Below are positions 46,596 through 57,033 of a stretch of DNA of 64,000 nucleotides, piece after piece. The first letter of the stretch is position 1. Every line of letters starts with the position of its first letter. Origin of the DNA: an uncultured Mycoplasmatota bacterium. GTDB lineage: Bacteria; Bacillota_I; Bacilli_A; RF39; UBA660. Both the position numbers and the translations under genes were made by a program. The notes under the pieces were generated by a model. It saw nothing but the letters and a program-made list of their open reading frames with translations, did not search any database and was not told the origin of the DNA. The stretch covers positions 5,109 to 69,108 of the forward strand of contig CANPPW010000001.1 in the NCBI GenBank assembly GCA_947576095.1. The letters run 5' to 3'.

Positions 46596-48999
46596 GTATA
46601 CCACCCTTTATAAATTCTAAATTTTTATATTCTTTTAACGAAACTATATCACTTGGTCGCATAAAACAAATATCATGGTAAGGACAAAATGCACAGCCCG
46701 TTATACTATCTGTTTTTTCACTGCCTATTCGTTTGGGATCGATTGAAAAATTTGCTTTTTCAATATCATCGATCGCAGAAAAGATATTTTTTTCTGTTAT
46801 TTCTAATAGTTTGCAGACTTCATCCTCTGTTAATACTTTTGCATTTGCATAAAACTCCCCATCTGCTTTCATTCGCATTAAGCGAATATAACTATTTTCA
46901 ATATTATGATCAATGTGATGAATCAAACTGGAATTTTTTAAAGTATATCCATTTAATTTATAAGCAGCCGATTGTATTTGTTCATATGTTTTCCCTGTTT
47001 CAGCTGGTAGAATTTCTTTCATAATATTTTGCCAGTAACTTCCTGCATAAGTATAGTTAGAGATTTTCTTGCTTAATAAGTAATGATAGATTAATAGTTG
47101 CATATGAATACCATGAATCACAGGATTAAAATTCGATTCAATTGTACCTGTTTTATAATCTACAACAATGGTGTATGTATGATTTTGCCTTTGAAATGTC
47201 AAAACTTTATCAATATAACCTTTTAAAGTGACACTTAACTCACCATTTATTTTTATCTCATATTTTTCTTCTAAAGATTCTTCTTTAAAATCAGTTTGCT
47301 CTCTTTGTTTTAAAAGAATCCGAATCAGTGTTCTTATTTCTTTTCTATATTTCTGCTTATAAAATTGGATTTTTTCACTACAATCTTTAGAAAATTCCTC
47401 ATCCCAAATTTCATCAATCATCTCTTCGTAATCACTTCTTTTGGTGTGAAAAACATGAAATAGAACTTTATGGACAATGTTTCCAATCTGAACTTGCATA
47501 CTACTTTCTCTTTCTTCTCTTATATTTAAAATATTAGAAAGAAAAAAGCGAAACTTGCATCTGTAAAATACATCAATGGATGAATATGATAAATTCATTT
47601 TATGATCTAGATAAGAATATAATCTTTCTTTGGAAATTGGTTTATAAGCGTGAGTATAAAAGCGATATGGAACTTTTATTTTATGATAAAGAAAAGATAA
47701 TTCTTCATTTTTCTGATTATATTTTGTAAAAGAATCTAACAATCTAGCCAACAAAAAACGATTATAAAAAGCAGAATGATATTCATACTGAAATGGTATA
47801 TTTTTAAAATCTATTTTCTTTTTTAAAGTCTCTAAAAAGGAAGGTCTTGCATATTCAGAGAAAGGAGATTTATGAGAAAAACTAATATAAATTACATTAG
47901 TATGCATAATATCATAAATGGCTTTTTGTACTTCGATTTGATTCTTTTCTTTAGAAGTATCTATTTTTAAACTCTGTTTCTCAGTATCAGAAAGATAATC
48001 ATCATCTCTATGAATTACAGGAAAAGAAGTTGTATGCATTCCTAAGGCAAATACAATATCTTTTTTCGATGTTTCATTAAGTGAAGATATCTCTGTAATA
48101 CCAAATCCTTCCTTTACAATGGTGTCTCTTTGAAAAATCGTATGAAGGATTTCATATAAAAGTTTCTTTTCTTTTACACAAACAAATTCATTTACAATAG
48201 TAACAATTTTTTGATAAAGATCAAGTAAAAAAGGATCTTTCATATCATAGGTTTCACGTATAATTCCTAAAGCTTCCTCTGGCTCTGTTTCTTTTAATAT
48301 TTCTAAAAAATACTGTGCCATATCATAAGATATAAGCTTTCTTTCCTCTTTTAGATGATATGGAATTTGAAAAAGATAAAAAATACGGTGAATCACTGGA
48401 ATATAATCCTTACTAGGTAAAAAAAGTTTAATATGATCTATAGGCGTATTTTCATGAAGTAACTTCATTATTTTCTCGGCAACAAACGTAACCTCTTGCT
48501 CAGTAGTATCACATTCCATAAAAAAACACTCTTGATTCTTATATGAATTTATCTCGTCTATTACTATATTTTCTTTTTTTAATAATAAAAGTAGTTCCTT
48601 TTGTCTTTTTGTTAAAACAGGATATTCATAAATAATAATTTTTTTACGTTTTAAAAATTGTTTTAAAAATTCATTTTGCTTTAAAAGATCCTTTTTTCTT
48701 AAAAACTGTTTTATATGAGATAAGAATGCCAATTTATCATTTGTATATTCTTTCTCATCAACACACATGATTTGTTTTAAATAAAGAAGCCCCATTGAAG
48801 GGCTTACCTTATATTCTTGAATTAATTCATACAAAGATTTCCTATCACAGTAAGGAAAAAAAGCCTTTTCTATTTCTTCAAAAGTATATATTTTAAAAGA
48901 TACAATTATTTTTTGATTGCTCGCCTCTTCTAATAATTTTTTCTTAATGGAAGATGGTGTAATAATGACTACATTTTCCTTCATATATTTTTGTAACAT
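46588..48999 (-). CDS. addB: ATP-dependent helicase/nuclease subunit B
   Basis: AddB architecture, C-terminal Fe-S Cys cluster (…CAFCPYHDIC); start chosen at MLQKY with the RBS AAGGGTGA. Confidence 0.8.
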   Translation of the reverse strand: MLQKYMKENVVIITPSSIKKKLLEEASNQKIIVSFKIYTFEEIEKAFFPYCDRKSLYELIQEYKVSPSMGLLYLKQIMCVDEKEYTNDKLAFLSHIKQFLRKKDLLKQNEFLKQFLKRKKIIIYEYPVLTKRQKELLLLLKKENIVIDEINSYKNQECFFMECDTTEQEVTFVAEKIMKLLHENTPIDHIKLFLPSKDYIPVIHRIFYLFQIPYHLKEERKLISYDMAQYFLEILKETEPEEALGIIRETYDMKDPFLLDLYQKIVTIVNEFVCVKEKKLLYEILHTIFQRDTIVKEGFGITEISSLNETSKKDIVFALGMHTTSFPVIHRDDDYLSDTEKQSLKIDTSKEKNQIEVQKAIYDIMHTNVIYISFSHKSPFSEYARPSFLETLKKKIDFKNIPFQYEYHSAFYNRFLLARLLDSFTKYNQKNEELSFLYHKIKVPYRFYTHAYKPISKERLYSYLDHKMNLSYSSIDVFYRCKFRFFLSNILNIREERESSMQVQIGNIVHKVLFHVFHTKRSDYEEMIDEIWDEEFSKDCSEKIQFYKQKYRKEIRTLIRILLKQREQTDFKEESLEEKYEIKINGELSVTLKGYIDKVLTFQRQNHTYTIVVDYKTGTIESNFNPVIHGIHMQLLIYHYLLSKKISNYTYAGSYWQNIMKEILPAETGKTYEQIQSAAYKLNGYTLKNSSLIHHIDHNIENSYIRLMRMKADGEFYANAKVLTEDEVCKLLEITEKNIFSAIDDIEKANFSIDPKRIGSEKTDSITGCAFCPYHDICFMRPSDIVSLKEYKNLEFIKGGIHG

Positions 49000-49063
49000 A
49001 CCATCACCCTTTTTCATTATAACATGTTTTATAAGACTTCTAAATACAGTTTTATATAAAAAA

Positions 49064-50377
49064 TTACCTTTCGGTAATTTCTTTCAATAAGACAATCAAA
49101 TCATTTTCTAACTTTGAAATATCATTAGGACTCATGAATACATAAACAGTAGGTACATCTTCAACCAATTTAGAAGCATCCTTAATAGATATAGAACTAC
49201 CATGGTCCAATTTTTTAATAATTAAGTCTGACGTAATTTGAGGAAAGTCTTCTTGTTTTTCGCGAGCAGGATGAATATCAAGAATATAATTCTTATCTGT
49301 GTTTTTAAAAGCTTTTACTAAATCATCTGCAAACTCTTTCGTCCTCGAAAATGTATGCGGCTGAAAAATAGCGACTGTTTTTTTATCACTATATTTTTGC
49401 TTAACTGCTGAAAGTAGGGCCTTTACTTCATTGGGATGATGAGCATAATCGTCAATAACTATATAATCACCAATCATGGTTTCTGAAAATCTCCTCTTTG
49501 CACCCGCAAATGATTTGAATATTTTCCCTACTTCTTTTGCTTCTAATCTTTCATAGTAACAGACCCCAATAACAGCTAAAGCATCTAACAACATATGTTT
49601 TCCATAAATGGGTAAATCAAAATGACCATAATAATTATCTTCTATATTTACGTCAAAACTTGTTCCTGTATTTTTATATTCAATGTTTAAAGCTCTTATA
49701 TCATTATCATCAGAAATTCCATAATAGAAAATTGGTTTGGTGATGTCTAAAGAGTGGGTATAAGGATCATCTCCACAAGCAATGACCATTTTTTCAGCAT
49801 TATTTGCATATTCTCTATAAGCATCAATTACATCATCAATACTTTTAAAATAATCAACATGATCCAAATCAATATTCGTAATAATAGCATAGGTAGGTGT
49901 ATAATGCAAAAAATGCCTTCTATACTCACAAGATTCTAAAGCAAAATATTCATTTTCTGGACTTGCATAACCTGTTCCATCGCCAATTAAATAATTTGCC
50001 CCCTTTAAGGAATTTAAAACATGTGCCATCATAGATGTTGTAGTGGTTTTTCCATGACATCCTGCAATACAAATTGTTTTAAACTTTTGCGTTAGATGAC
50101 CTACCATTTCAGAATAGGTATATATAGTAAGATCCATTTCTTTTGCTTTTTTCACTTCTGGGTGCTCATCTGTAAAGGTAGCCCCCAAAATAATTTTCAT
50201 ACCAGGTTTTATATTTTTATCACTAAAAGGATATATAGGAATACTTAATTTTCTTAGTCCTTCTTCTGTAAAAAAATGTTTTTCCAAATCACTACCTTGT
50301 ACTTCATATCCAAGTTGTTTCATAATTTGTGCTAAAGAGGCCATACCAGCACCCTTTATGCCTATAAAATGATACAT
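49064..50377 (-). CDS. murC: UDP-N-acetylmuramate--L-alanine ligase
   Basis: HFIGIKGAGMASLAQIM N-terminus, Mur ligase P-loop GCHGKTTTTS; RBS AAGGAG before MYHF. Confidence 0.8.
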   Translation of the reverse strand: MYHFIGIKGAGMASLAQIMKQLGYEVQGSDLEKHFFTEEGLRKLSIPIYPFSDKNIKPGMKIILGATFTDEHPEVKKAKEMDLTIYTYSEMVGHLTQKFKTICIAGCHGKTTTTSMMAHVLNSLKGANYLIGDGTGYASPENEYFALESCEYRRHFLHYTPTYAIITNIDLDHVDYFKSIDDVIDAYREYANNAEKMVIACGDDPYTHSLDITKPIFYYGISDDNDIRALNIEYKNTGTSFDVNIEDNYYGHFDLPIYGKHMLLDALAVIGVCYYERLEAKEVGKIFKSFAGAKRRFSETMIGDYIVIDDYAHHPNEVKALLSAVKQKYSDKKTVAIFQPHTFSRTKEFADDLVKAFKNTDKNYILDIHPAREKQEDFPQITSDLIIKKLDHGSSISIKDASKLVEDVPTVYVFMSPNDISKLENDLIVLLKEITER

Positions 50378-50395
50378 ATCATTCATCTCCTTCAT

Positions 50396-51667
50396 TTATG
50401 GTGACTTATAATCAAATTCATAATCTAAAATTCTAACGGTATCACCATCTACAGCACCTAAACGCCTCAACTCATCATCAACACCCAATCGCTTTAAGCG
50501 ATTTGAAAACCTTAATACAGATTCATCTGTTGAAAATTTAGTCATTTGAACAATTTTTTCGATTTGTTTTCCTTTAAGAATCCATGTGTGATTTTCTTTA
50601 GTGACTGTAAATGGACGTTCTTCTTTAAATTGATAAAGAATATGACTTTCAAATTTTTCTTCTTCATAAAGTGCTTTTTTTGGAATTTTTTCTAATAAAT
50701 CTGCAAGAGCATTTAAAACTTTATCAATTCCATCATTTTCAACTGCTGAAATTGGATAAACAGGTATATTTACTTTTTTTTGAAATTCCACCAAGTATTT
50801 TTTAGAAGATGGAATATCCATTTTGTTTGCGATTACAATTTGTGGCTTTTCCATAATTTGAGAATTGAATGCCTCTAATTCTTTATTAATTGTGATAAAA
50901 TCCTGATATGGATCACGTCCTTCGTATCCACTCATATCAATAACATGGGCGATGACTCTTGTTCTTTCAATATGCTTTAAAAACCGATCCCCAAGACCAG
51001 AACCTAAAGATGCACCTTCTATAAGGCCAGGAAGATCTGCTACTACAAATGTCCGATGATTTGCTCTTACAACCCCTAAATTGGGTTTTAATGTTGTAAA
51101 ATGATATGGTGCTATTTTAGGTTTTGAGGCAGATATTTTAGAAATGAGCGTGGATTTGCCAACACTTGGCATTCCCACTAAACCTACATCTGCTAATAGT
51201 TTTAGTTCTACTTTGATTTTTCGTTTTTCCCCTGGTTCCCCATTTTCAGCATAACTAGGTGCGGGATTATTATGTGTAGCAAAAGCTATATTTCCTCTTC
51301 CTCCACGTCCCCCATACGCTACGCAGACTTCTTCTCCTTTATGTGTTAAATCAGCAATAACATATCCTGTATCAAAATCAGTAATAATAGTACCTGCAGG
51401 CACTCTTACAAAAACATTTTCAGCATTTTTCCCATGCATACCTTTCCCCTGGCCATTTTCTCCTCGATTTCCTCTAATTATTTTTTTATAACGCAAATCT
51501 AATAAAGTGTTTAATCCTTCATCCACTTGAAAAATAATGTCAGATCCCTTTCCACCATTACCACCTGCAGGGCCTCCCATTTCTATATATTTTTCTCTAC
51601 GAAAAGCCATACATCCATTTCCACCAGATCCAGCTTCTAATTCTAATTGTACTTCATCTACAAACAT
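50396..51667 (-). CDS. obg: GTPase Obg
   Basis: Gly-rich Obg fold N-terminus, G1-G4 motifs (GMPSVGKST, DLPG, NKMD). Confidence 0.9.
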   Translation of the reverse strand: MFVDEVQLELEAGSGGNGCMAFRREKYIEMGGPAGGNGGKGSDIIFQVDEGLNTLLDLRYKKIIRGNRGENGQGKGMHGKNAENVFVRVPAGTIITDFDTGYVIADLTHKGEEVCVAYGGRGGRGNIAFATHNNPAPSYAENGEPGEKRKIKVELKLLADVGLVGMPSVGKSTLISKISASKPKIAPYHFTTLKPNLGVVRANHRTFVVADLPGLIEGASLGSGLGDRFLKHIERTRVIAHVIDMSGYEGRDPYQDFITINKELEAFNSQIMEKPQIVIANKMDIPSSKKYLVEFQKKVNIPVYPISAVENDGIDKVLNALADLLEKIPKKALYEEEKFESHILYQFKEERPFTVTKENHTWILKGKQIEKIVQMTKFSTDESVLRFSNRLKRLGVDDELRRLGAVDGDTVRILDYEFDYKSP

Positions 51668-51808
51668 AATATCCCCCCCTTTTTATAGGCGTTCTTTATA
51701 TATTATACTAAAAAACAAACAATATGTACAGAGTTCCTAATAAGAACCTATTTCTATCTTTCAATATTTAAATCAATTGCGTTTTTTACTATATAATTAT
51801 AAAAGTGT

Positions 51809-51840
51809 AAAAATAAAAAAAGAAACGAATATTCATTTCT
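51809..51840 (-). terminator. intrinsic terminator after the Hpt-REC gene
   Basis: AGAAATGAATATTCGTTTCT palindrome followed by a T run on the minus strand. Confidence 0.5.
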
Positions 51841-51841
51841 C

Positions 51842-52642
51842 TTAATGAAAGTTAATCATTGAAGTTACAACCCTTTTCACATCACGTTCATTAAAAGGTT
51901 TTGTCAGTACATCTACAATAGGATATGTAAATGCTTTAAGAGCTGTTTCTTTAGAATCATCTCCTGTAATAATTGCTACTGGGATTTTAGCAAATAAATT
52001 ATTTTGTTTAAAATAATCTAATACTGTAAATCCATTTATATTAGGCATATTCAAATCAAGAAGTATACCATATAATTTTACACCAGGGTTGCTTTCTAAA
52101 AAAGCCAAAGCTTCTCTTCCATCAGCTGCTGCAATCACTTCAAATTCTTCATCAAATATTTTTTGAATTAAATTACGTATAACATTGGAATCATCTACAA
52201 CTAAAATCTTTTTGTCTTTAATAGTTTCCTTTGACGAAGAAACGACAGAAGTCACTTTTTCTTTTCCTAAATATTGCCCCAATAATTGCAAAATTCGATC
52301 TGTTTCATTCATAAGTTCATCATAATGTTCATATATAAACATAACATCATTTTCTTTACTATGCATTTCATGAGCAAAAGAAATTTCTGCTAATTTTGTA
52401 AAACCTAGATACTTTGCATCACTTTTCAAAGAATGAACTAAAATAGCATAATTGGGCATATCCGTTACTTCTTTATATTTCTGAATTTCACTTAACTTTT
52501 GGGTAATGGTTTCCAAAAAATCTTCTAGTGTTGAATCATAGGTTTCCATATCTCCAAAAAGTTCTAAACTCTGTTCAATATTTACTCCATTATTTTTTAA
52601 TAAATCTATATCCCTCATATTTTTCACATCCTCTATTATCAT
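51842..52642 (-). CDS. Hpt domain + receiver domain protein (no output domain)
   Basis: Hpt motif HSLKSDAKYLGF; receiver KILVVDD...ILLDLNMP...TKPF. Confidence 0.75.
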   Translation of the reverse strand: MIIEDVKNMRDIDLLKNNGVNIEQSLELFGDMETYDSTLEDFLETITQKLSEIQKYKEVTDMPNYAILVHSLKSDAKYLGFTKLAEISFAHEMHSKENDVMFIYEHYDELMNETDRILQLLGQYLGKEKVTSVVSSSKETIKDKKILVVDDSNVIRNLIQKIFDEEFEVIAAADGREALAFLESNPGVKLYGILLDLNMPNINGFTVLDYFKQNNLFAKIPVAIITGDDSKETALKAFTYPIVDVLTKPFNERDVKRVVTSMINFH

Positions 52643-52656
52643 TATAACACACTTCT

Positions 52657-54495
52657 CTATTTTTTTACTAAAAATCGCTGCAATACTCGATGCAATTCTA
52701 TTTTATCAATCGGTTTGGCAAGATAATCATCAAATCCAGCTTCCAAATATTTCTCTTTCATACCTGAAATAGCATTGGCTGTAAGTGCAATTGTCGGAAT
52801 CGAAAATGATGGAATTTCTTTTAACTTTACAAAGGTTTCACTACCACTCATTTGTGGCATCATATCATCAAGTAAAATTAGATCATATTTCTCTCCTTGC
52901 ATAATTTTATCCAAGCATTCCTGACCACTTATAGCAGTATCAATTTGGACATTATACTTTTTTAAAACCAATGATGCCACTTTTAAATTCATTTTGTTAT
53001 CATCCACAATTAAAATTCTCTTACCCTCTATATTTATATTTTCTTTTAAAGGTGTATCTTCTTTTACTACTTTTGTATCAACTACCTTTTGATCAATTGC
53101 AACAATAAATTTAGAACCTTTTCCATAAATACTTTGAACAACGATTTTCCCTTTCATAAGTTCCACAAGCCTTTTTGTAATTGCAAGTCCAAGACCAGTT
53201 CCTTCAATTGTGATATTCTTTTCTAGATCAAATCTTTCAAATTTAGAAAAGAGTTTGTGAATGTTACTTTCTTTAATTCCAATTCCACTATCTTCAACAG
53301 AAACAATAAGCCTGCAAACAGATCCTTGTTTTACAGAGTTTACACTAAATGCAATATACCCCTTTTTTGTATACTTCGCTGCATTGGTAAGCAAATTTAA
53401 AATAATTTGTTTCATCCTTGCATAATCTCCATATAAAGTACTTGGAATACTATTATCATAATGTAACCTAAATTCAATCGGTTTTTCGCCAATTCTTGTT
53501 CTAGTAAGTGAAACAAGTTCATCATATACTTTTTTAAAATGATACTCTGTGTTAACAATTTCTAATTTACCCGCTTCTATCTTAGAAATATCTAAAACAC
53601 CATTTACAATTTCTAAAAGAGTACTGGAAGCAACTACAATATCATTCACTCGATCTTTCGCATCCTCTGAAATTTTTTCATCTTTTAATGATTCACTAAA
53701 GCCAACAATTGCATTTAATGGAGTTCGAATTTCATGACTCATATTTGATAGGAATTCTGTCTTCGCTTTATTGGCTCGATCGGCCTGTTCCCTAGCTATG
53801 TTTAATTGTTCAATAAATTTGATATCTGGATTTTCGATTGTAAAAAAGGTTAAAACAGTAATAAAGGAAGCTGCCGAAGTAACAAGTAAAATTTGCGGAA
53901 ATAGAGCCTGAATTAATGCACTTGTACCAGCAAATACAATAAAAGAGAAAACAGGCAAATATTTTTTAGTTTTTACCTGATGGATATTTAAACAGACACA
54001 TATGCACCAAAAGATGAGACAAAGAAAAGTGATAAAATAACTAATTGTAGCACTAGGCCCATAAGTATACATACTTCTACCATCACTCCATACATATAAT
54101 GGCAATATAAAAATAAATATTCCTATCACGAAAAAAGCAATTAAAAGCAATATTAACATCTTTCTAAAATAGGCTAAATGCTCATTTTGACGAATAATAA
54201 TATGTTCTCGATTCCTTTTAGAAGAAATAACAAAAATATAATATGTAAAGATAAACACCCATAATATCAAACAAAACAAATACGCCTTTGTAAAAAAGGT
54301 AGTAATTCCTAAGGTAGGCATATGAATACCTAAATATACACTAATCATATCAATAATCAAATTTAGGACATTCATAAACATTAAACAAATATAAATACGA
54401 TTTTCTAAAGTATCCAATCGTTTCTTACAAAAATAAACACAAATAATTAAAATAACATAAAATAAACTTAAAGTTTGAAAAGACAAACTATTCAT
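52657..54495 (-). CDS. hybrid sensor histidine kinase: 6-TM N-terminal domain, HisKA, HATPase_c, C-terminal receiver
   Basis: MSHEIRTPLNAIVGF H-box, GTGLGLAITKRLVE G2 box, receiver KRILIVDDN...LILLDDMMP...AKP. Confidence 0.85.
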   Translation of the reverse strand: MNSLSFQTLSLFYVILIICVYFCKKRLDTLENRIYICLMFMNVLNLIIDMISVYLGIHMPTLGITTFFTKAYLFCLILWVFIFTYYIFVISSKRNREHIIIRQNEHLAYFRKMLILLLIAFFVIGIFIFILPLYVWSDGRSMYTYGPSATISYFITFLCLIFWCICVCLNIHQVKTKKYLPVFSFIVFAGTSALIQALFPQILLVTSAASFITVLTFFTIENPDIKFIEQLNIAREQADRANKAKTEFLSNMSHEIRTPLNAIVGFSESLKDEKISEDAKDRVNDIVVASSTLLEIVNGVLDISKIEAGKLEIVNTEYHFKKVYDELVSLTRTRIGEKPIEFRLHYDNSIPSTLYGDYARMKQIILNLLTNAAKYTKKGYIAFSVNSVKQGSVCRLIVSVEDSGIGIKESNIHKLFSKFERFDLEKNITIEGTGLGLAITKRLVELMKGKIVVQSIYGKGSKFIVAIDQKVVDTKVVKEDTPLKENINIEGKRILIVDDNKMNLKVASLVLKKYNVQIDTAISGQECLDKIMQGEKYDLILLDDMMPQMSGSETFVKLKEIPSFSIPTIALTANAISGMKEKYLEAGFDDYLAKPIDKIELHRVLQRFLVKK

Positions 54496-54523
54496 ATCAG
54501 CACCTACCTTACCTTCTTCTATT

Positions 54524-54552
54524 ATTATAACACGGAATTTTATGTTTGAAAA
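54524..54552 (-). promoter_or_regulatory. sigmaA promoter TTTTCA-N17-TGtTATAAT for the HK / Hpt-REC operon
   Basis: extended -10 plus -35 at 17-nt spacing upstream of the RBS GAAGGTAAGGTAGGTG. Confidence 0.4.
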
Positions 54553-54662
54553 TCATTATTGATATGTTAACAAAATTATAATTACCATGGATTACCCCAT
54601 TTCTTACAACAAAAAAACATATAAAATAGATACCCCAAAAGGTCATATCAAAATATATGTTT

Positions 54663-55664
54663 TTAAAAAAGTTTGGGCATAAAATCCCATTGTTTTCGAT
54701 TTAAAAGTTTGACATGCTTCTCACAAGAAAGTCCTGTTACAGAATTTACATCTGGAATCAAATCATAAATATCGTCCTTATAAATATTCCCACTCATGCA
54801 AATTTTTTCTAATTCTTCGATAATATAAGCTCCCCTTATTAATGCCATTTCATATAAATCCATAAAAGTATAGTAAAAGTGTAGTGAGGCATCATAGGGA
54901 TTCACCCATTCTTCTCTTTTTTGATTTAAAAAAGGAATGGCTAGCTCTACATCTCTATGATAGGAAAAAGAAGATGCTCCATGGTAAATAGGATCAACTT
55001 TATCAAAAATTTTTTTCTTAATGCCATAATGATCATATTTAAATATTTTCATAAATAAAGCCATTTGATAAAAAGATTCATAAAATATCTCTCCACCTGA
55101 TACAAGTGCATATGTTTCTCTTAAACAATCATTTAATGTTTGAATTAAGGAATTAGAAATAATAGTTTTAGGTAAAGTAAAATCATGATAAACAGGATAA
55201 TGATTAGGATCTTTTTTCTCTATATGCTTCATCATATATATATCAATCAAGTTCTCTACACACCCATGGTGCCATGTATCAAAGGTAGCATCAGGAGTAT
55301 GATCTCCTGCATAGTAAATAATTAAAGGATGTAAATATGCATCCAGTAAATGATGCATAATATACCCAGGCCCAATAAATAATCTTACCTGTTCTTCTTC
55401 AAGGGCTCCACTACTGTGTGCTTGTTTTAAATAATTATAAACAAAAAGCTGAAAGTTTGTTTCCTGTAATAAAACAGAGGCATTTATATTATTATTCAAC
55501 TTTTTAGAACTCCATATTTTATAAAAATCATGATAAATAAGAAAGTCATGTCCCTGAGCAAAAATATTATATTGATCATAATGAGGAAATACAGCAAGCG
55601 TTTGGGCACTTAAATTTTTCTTTAATTGTTTATAAAAAATATCATGTGTTTTAGGTCCTGGCAT
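54663..55664 (-). CDS. zinc-dependent phospholipase C-fold family protein, cytoplasmic (no signal peptide)
   Basis: MPGPKTHDIF start, H/D-rich blocks (HYDQYNIFAQGHDF; GYIMHHLLDAYLHPLIIYYAGDHTPD) resembling Zn-PLC metal ligands. Confidence 0.4.
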   Translation of the reverse strand: MPGPKTHDIFYKQLKKNLSAQTLAVFPHYDQYNIFAQGHDFLIYHDFYKIWSSKKLNNNINASVLLQETNFQLFVYNYLKQAHSSGALEEEQVRLFIGPGYIMHHLLDAYLHPLIIYYAGDHTPDATFDTWHHGCVENLIDIYMMKHIEKKDPNHYPVYHDFTLPKTIISNSLIQTLNDCLRETYALVSGGEIFYESFYQMALFMKIFKYDHYGIKKKIFDKVDPIYHGASSFSYHRDVELAIPFLNQKREEWVNPYDASLHFYYTFMDLYEMALIRGAYIIEELEKICMSGNIYKDDIYDLIPDVNSVTGLSCEKHVKLLNRKQWDFMPKLF

Positions 55665-55669
55665 ATAAT

Positions 55670-56311
55670 TTACTGCCTCTCAACATTTCTTGATAAACTT
55701 TTAACTTTAGGTGATAAATTTGATGAAGAAAAATGAGATTTTAAATATTCATTTAGATATCTTTCTACAGAACCTTCATAAACAATATTAGAAGATAAGG
55801 CACCATAAATATCGAAAGGTCGTATATTATATGGTTCCACTCCCTCCAAAAGAGGAATACCACATTCTTTTAAAACAGTAGAGACCCACTGTGAACAAAA
55901 ATAACGATTTTTACTCTCCATTCCTTTTCCACATAATAACATTTTCATAAGACCTAAAAAGTTAAAACCATATTGTTCTCTATTTTCCCAAAAAAAATCC
56001 ATCATATCAGATATTTGTTGATATTCCTCCTTCATCACAGGTATTTCCATAACAGCAATTTGATTGAGAGAAGAATGAATTTGAAAAAGACCTTCTCGAA
56101 TATCTTCTTTAACCAATCCAGAATGAAAAGGATTATGAATCTCCTTACGAGCAAAAGACATCATATTATTTAAATGCTGATCTCTTGATAAAGAAATATG
56201 CGAATACTGAGCACCTGGATAAGGATTCCAAAATTTTAAAGCTGCCCTCGCTTTAATTAGCCTTCCAGGCCACGTGTATGTATAACTAGCTACCGCATAT
56301 ATATTTTCCAT
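55670..56311 (-). CDS. YiiX/YebB-like permuted papain-fold (NlpC/P60 superfamily) protein, cytoplasmic
   Basis: CSQWVSTVLKECGI Cys motif with a downstream His; no signal peptide. Confidence 0.3.
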   Translation of the reverse strand: MENIYAVASYTYTWPGRLIKARAALKFWNPYPGAQYSHISLSRDQHLNNMMSFARKEIHNPFHSGLVKEDIREGLFQIHSSLNQIAVMEIPVMKEEYQQISDMMDFFWENREQYGFNFLGLMKMLLCGKGMESKNRYFCSQWVSTVLKECGIPLLEGVEPYNIRPFDIYGALSSNIVYEGSVERYLNEYLKSHFSSSNLSPKVKSLSRNVERQ

Positions 56312-56327
56312 AATTCCCCCTTATAAT

Positions 56328-56951
56328 CTATTTATAACATTTTGTATTCACTTTTTCTAATGCTTCTGCATATGTATATTTTTTACCATCACAATAAATA
56401 TTCCCACCTACAAATTTAAGTTGTGAAATTGCAGATAAATTTGCCTTTTCAATATGAATATCTCCTACTACATAGGCAAGAGATGGTGGAAGTGTATCTT
56501 CAAAACTTATAAAATTTCCACCTACAAAACATAAACTTGATAATTTTTGAGGTTCTTTTAATGCTGCTACATTAAAGTCATCCCAAACAAGTTTAATATG
56601 TTCTAAAGACTCCTGTGGGGTTGTTATACTATATTGCAAAGTCCCTGTTACATACTGTGCCATACTATTGTCTTTCAGTTCATTTTCATCCCAAACAATA
56701 AGATTTTCATCACAATGCGTTATTTTAGAAATCATATTTTTTCTTCTACGTTTTTCACTTTGGACCATCACAGCATAAAATGCTGTTTCCTGCCAAAATT
56801 TAAGTACTAAAATTTGTTGTTTTAAAATATTAGGTTCACTATTTAATTGATCAAATATTTTCTCGACTGCTTCAAGTCTTTTTCTAAATATAGAATGCCT
56901 TTCTTTTTGTTTTAAATAACATAAATTTTCACATACTTTTGTTTCCATCAT
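56328..56951 (-). CDS. hypothetical protein with two C-terminal FVGGN-containing repeats
   Basis: repeats LCFVGGNFISFEDT / LKFVGGNIYCDG; RBS AGAGGAAAA. Confidence 0.35.
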   Translation of the reverse strand: MMETKVCENLCYLKQKERHSIFRKRLEAVEKIFDQLNSEPNILKQQILVLKFWQETAFYAVMVQSEKRRRKNMISKITHCDENLIVWDENELKDNSMAQYVTGTLQYSITTPQESLEHIKLVWDDFNVAALKEPQKLSSLCFVGGNFISFEDTLPPSLAYVVGDIHIEKANLSAISQLKFVGGNIYCDGKKYTYAEALEKVNTKCYK

Positions 56952-57033
56952 TTTTCCTCTTTTCTAGATAGAAAGGAACCTTTTTATTAAGGTTCTTACT
57001 ATAATTTTTTGTTCTTTAATGCAATATGTTTAT

